Shown in pieces: positions 61,157-64,000 of a stretch of DNA of 64,000 nt (positions within the stretch are counted from its first letter, which is position 1; each line of letters opens with the position of its first letter). Both the position numbers and the translations under genes were made by a program. The DNA is from Phoronis australis (taxonomy: Eukaryota > Animalia > Phoronida). Under the pieces are notes generated by a model. The model was given only the letters and a program-made list of their open reading frames with translations, did not search any database and was not told where the DNA came from. The DNA lies in NCBI GenBank assembly GCA_002633005.1, contig NMRA01001027.1:4468-68467 (forward strand). The letters run 5' to 3'.

Positions 61157-63462
61157 GTATTGCAAAATAGCTAAAAAGGGGTTTTGCTCATTTTCATCGC
61201 TAATTGTGTCAGACAGGTCAAAATTTCATGAATGTAACCCCAGAAACCACTTAAAAGATTTTCTTGGATTTTTTCAAAAATACTAATGAAATAATTTTTC
61301 TTACGCGAATTGTATTTATTTTCTGTTTTCGTAAGAGGCCAACGACGTGAACTTTAGGTACTACATTACAATGTCCCTTTGCCGTGCCAAAATGCATGTG
61401 ATTTTAGAGTGCATGCATGATGTCCAAAAACAAAGAAATTTGGCAATGGTAACTCCCCAAAAATTGTTTAAGTTATCAGTGTCATAATTACTTGAAACAT
61501 TTTAAACTTTTCAAAATTTAATGATAGGTTTACTCTTCACAATCACAAATAAGATTGAATGCAAACTATTTATGCAAGACGAGAAAAGAATGCAAACCAA
61601 TTCAGCAGTCTGCCACTTGCAGCAAGACCGAGCAAAGTCGACATTACAAAAAAATGTTCAACTCATCTCGTACTACACCCAGTTTCGTTTCCCGGCAATA
61701 TGCTTACTCTTGAGAGATTACTCTTCCAATGTCCTTCACCTGTTTGCCCCTACTCACTCACTCTCACTCACATTTACCCTTTATACTAAGAGACCTACTT
61801 GTTTATGGTCCACAGCGTTTGCGCGCGAAACCTACTTCTTTTTGTAATGTTTATTACACGTTTCATATTTTGTGCAATCGGTTCTTAACAAATTTTGTTG
61901 TATTTAAAATAGTCTTCAAATGCCCAAAACTGCAAAAGACCAAATCAGTTTTTCGTGTTGGCAATAATGACGGGATTGGTTTGGAAATTGTCTTAAGTTA
62001 AGGTTTGACAAAGAGAGAATTATGAGTTTCTGAGTGACTCACTAAGGCTTCGATTAAAATCCACATCTTACCAGCAGCTTCTCTTTTTTCATCTTCACTC
62101 AAGTTCCATTTTCTTTAAAAAATGAAGTAAATTTTCTTCATTGCACAGTGGAGCAGGCGACGGAAAAGGAGTCGTAGTGCGCAGCGTCACTGCCGGTCGC
62201 CTGGGATATCGCGGGCGAGCCTATACTTAGCCATAGTTCCGTTGTTCCGTTACGAATGCGCCGTGTTCCGAATTTGACACTTGAAATTGGGTCTGAACCC
62301 CCCCCCCCAACACTCAAACTGCACACATTTAAATCTTGTTTCATCCGTATAATTTTAATTACCGGAGTTAATTAACACAAACTCAACATTTCCCTACGCT
62401 CTTGCTGTTTTATTTTTTCGCGGCAGCCAAGGGGGGGGGGGGGCGGTCCCCCCATTAAATCCGCCTATGATCATACCCATAACAATCCCAAAATGGCTTT
62501 AACACCGAGGGTGTTCTTTTAAAAACAGTTCCACATTGCTAAGATAAGTCTTGTTTTTGACATCACACTGCTTTTCTATATTTAGGAAGCGTGAGGCAAA
62601 GGAAATTGGTCTCCGGTACAGCTCTCACAGTTCACGTGATGGACGAACGAGGTGGCATTATTGCTGACGTCGACTTTACGCCAGTTTTGAAAACCAACAT
62701 GGAATTCCCTGCTACGTGGCCTAAAAGTCGCGTCGAGTGGCCCTCTCGTGAGAAGATTAGGGCTGTTTTGGCAAACAGAACGAATGATGCACCTACAAAG
62801 AATTTCTGCTGGTGGACGTCTTACGCCCAGGCTGACCATGAGTTATGTCGCGACATTGACGCAGATGGTGGATGTCGGAAGCAATGTTTGAGGATGATGA
62901 AAAAGATGCGAAGTGACATCTGGTGTTCAACCAGTAAACCGGTCATTACATCCTATCACTTGAAGGTTAGTATATTGACACTGATTTTACTTCAAATTTT
63001 TGAATGGAGGTGAACATCTCTCTAATATTCAATGTTAGCCAATGCAGCCGCCCCTCTACTATCGTTCGCAGTTACGGGAAGACGCCTCGCGCACGGCGAA
63101 AAGCAGATATTTAAGCCCATGCGCTTACGAATGAAATTTTGTGTTTTTAAACAAATATATTTGCAAAAGTGTTTTTTATTCTTACAGTTACTTACTTTGT
63201 GTATTCACAGAACACTCTTTGGTGGGAGTGCCAGGAGCGCCCCAACTCGTGGAGCATAGAAAGAGTTGCCTTCAACTTCATCAGTCTCGTTCGTCGTCTC
63301 CATGGTTACGTTAAGAAAAGAAGTCTCCCACTGTACTTCAACCCAAGCGTGAACTTATTCCTCGAAAAATCAGCTGACGATTTGAAGAGGGTGGAACGAA
63401 AACTAGAAGACTTTTTACAAAACCCTTCGTACTTCGTTAGAGCAGCATTGTCTGAGGACTGA
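60631..63462 (+). CDS. cGAS-like receptor (cGLR) / Mab-21-family nucleotidyltransferase, 3 exons (60631-61156, 62586-62965, 63211-63462), 385 aa
   Basis: Spliced translation has the Mab-21/cGAS motifs GSYWQGLKIEKADEFD (G65-S66, E78, D80), DVDFTP (D205), GCRKQCLRMMK, TSYHLK and YFNPSVNL. Both introns are GT-AG with matching phases (1, 0); 1158 nt from ATG to TGA. Confidence 0.93.
62586..62965 (+). CDS. cGLR exon 2 (third catalytic Asp through SYHLK)
   Basis: Acceptor tttag|GA (G+GA=Gly); donor AAG|gttagt at 62966; contains DVDFTP and TSYHLK. Confidence 0.92.
63211..63462 (+). CDS. cGLR exon 3 (C-terminal helical lobe)
   Basis: Acceptor ttcacag|AAC, phase 0; NTLWWECQ...YFNPSVNLF...LSED stop. 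Confidence 0.92.
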   Translation, partial: NTLWWECQERPNSWSIERVAFNFISLVRRLHGYVKKRSLPLYFNPSVNLFLEKSADDLKRVERKLEDFLQNPSYFVRAALSED

Positions 63463-63489
63463 GGACTGAGCCAGAAGAGTTCAGGCTCC

Positions 63490-63623
63490 CGTTCAGTAAC
63501 GCTAGGACCTCGCTAAAAAGCAAGACTTCGCGAGATTATGTGAGATATGTCCGTGTATTTTAAGTAAGAACACCTGACTTTGGCTAGATTAGGTCCTAGC
63601 GTAGGTCCTGGCGTTATTGAACG
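63490..63623. repeat. Inverted repeat (MITE-like) in the cGLR 3'UTR
   Basis: CGTTCAGTAACGCTAGGACCT pairs with AGGTCCTGGCGTTATTGAACG; the right arm holds a duplicated TAGGTCCTRGCG 12-mer. Confidence 0.7.
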
Positions 63624-63801
63624 CACACCAGCCATGAGGGTTTACTCTACTTATAAGCTATGTAAGATATCGTTTCCTTTACCTTTACAACTTTAGACCA
63701 CAGGATTAGATCGTCAGTCAAAAGATCACTTGTTTACAAACGTTTCGTAACTTTCAGCCCTGTTTGTGTTTGCCATAACGTTACTATTAATTTAAAAATG
63801 A

Positions 63802-63807
63802 AATAAA
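63802..63807 (+). terminator. Probable poly(A) signal of the cGLR
   Basis: AATAAA about 340 nt after the stop, followed by a GT-rich stretch. Confidence 0.5.
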
Positions 63808-64000
63808 GAAGTGGGCGATGTTGCATGTGGTAGCAGTTGAGTGAGTACCGGTAACGCACGAGTCAGGCGTCACTCACTACGACGGTTATTTCGGGACAAA
63901 CCGGTTGATGCCTATCATTAATCATTTGTTGTTTCGCAACTTAGAGGCTGTTGACGAATAAAGGGCAAATGTAGGCCTACAGTTCTCAACGACAATCAAT

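Noticed and set aside
60631-63462. Assigning the symbol CGAS/MB21D1 or MAB21L, or calling a bacterial CBASS system
   Set aside because: No zinc thumb or long N-terminal tail as in cGAS, too divergent from the conserved MAB21L proteins, and spliceosomal introns with no effector operon.

Overview
AT-rich, intron-rich animal (invertebrate-type) genomic DNA; the organism cannot be named from the sequence. Three spliced protein-coding genes can be rebuilt by hand from GT-AG junctions with consistent phases. (1) A + strand gene of at least 12 exons (7429-17930, 5' end unresolved) encoding two START lipid-transfer domains joined by a low-complexity linker. (2) A - strand gene of 5 coding exons (58121-27233, 327 aa) encoding a type I membrane glycoprotein: signal peptide, Cys-Cys/Pro-rich tip, Thr-rich mucin stalk, TM helix, and a tail with YENPVF and a PDZ-type end (STNL). 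(3) A + strand 3-exon cGAS-like receptor (cGLR, Mab-21 nucleotidyltransferase family, 385 aa, 60631-63462) with an intact catalytic triad, head-to-head with gene 2 and preceded by consensus NF-kB sites. Introns and UTRs carry an RTE-type LINE fragment, a tRNA-derived SINE, several MITE families (TA, AT and 6-bp TSDs) and a THAP-bearing transposon relic. Two 1.2-1.6 kb tandem duplications, each split by a single N, are most likely allelic haplotypes joined by the assembler. Most short ORFs in the supplied track appear spurious.
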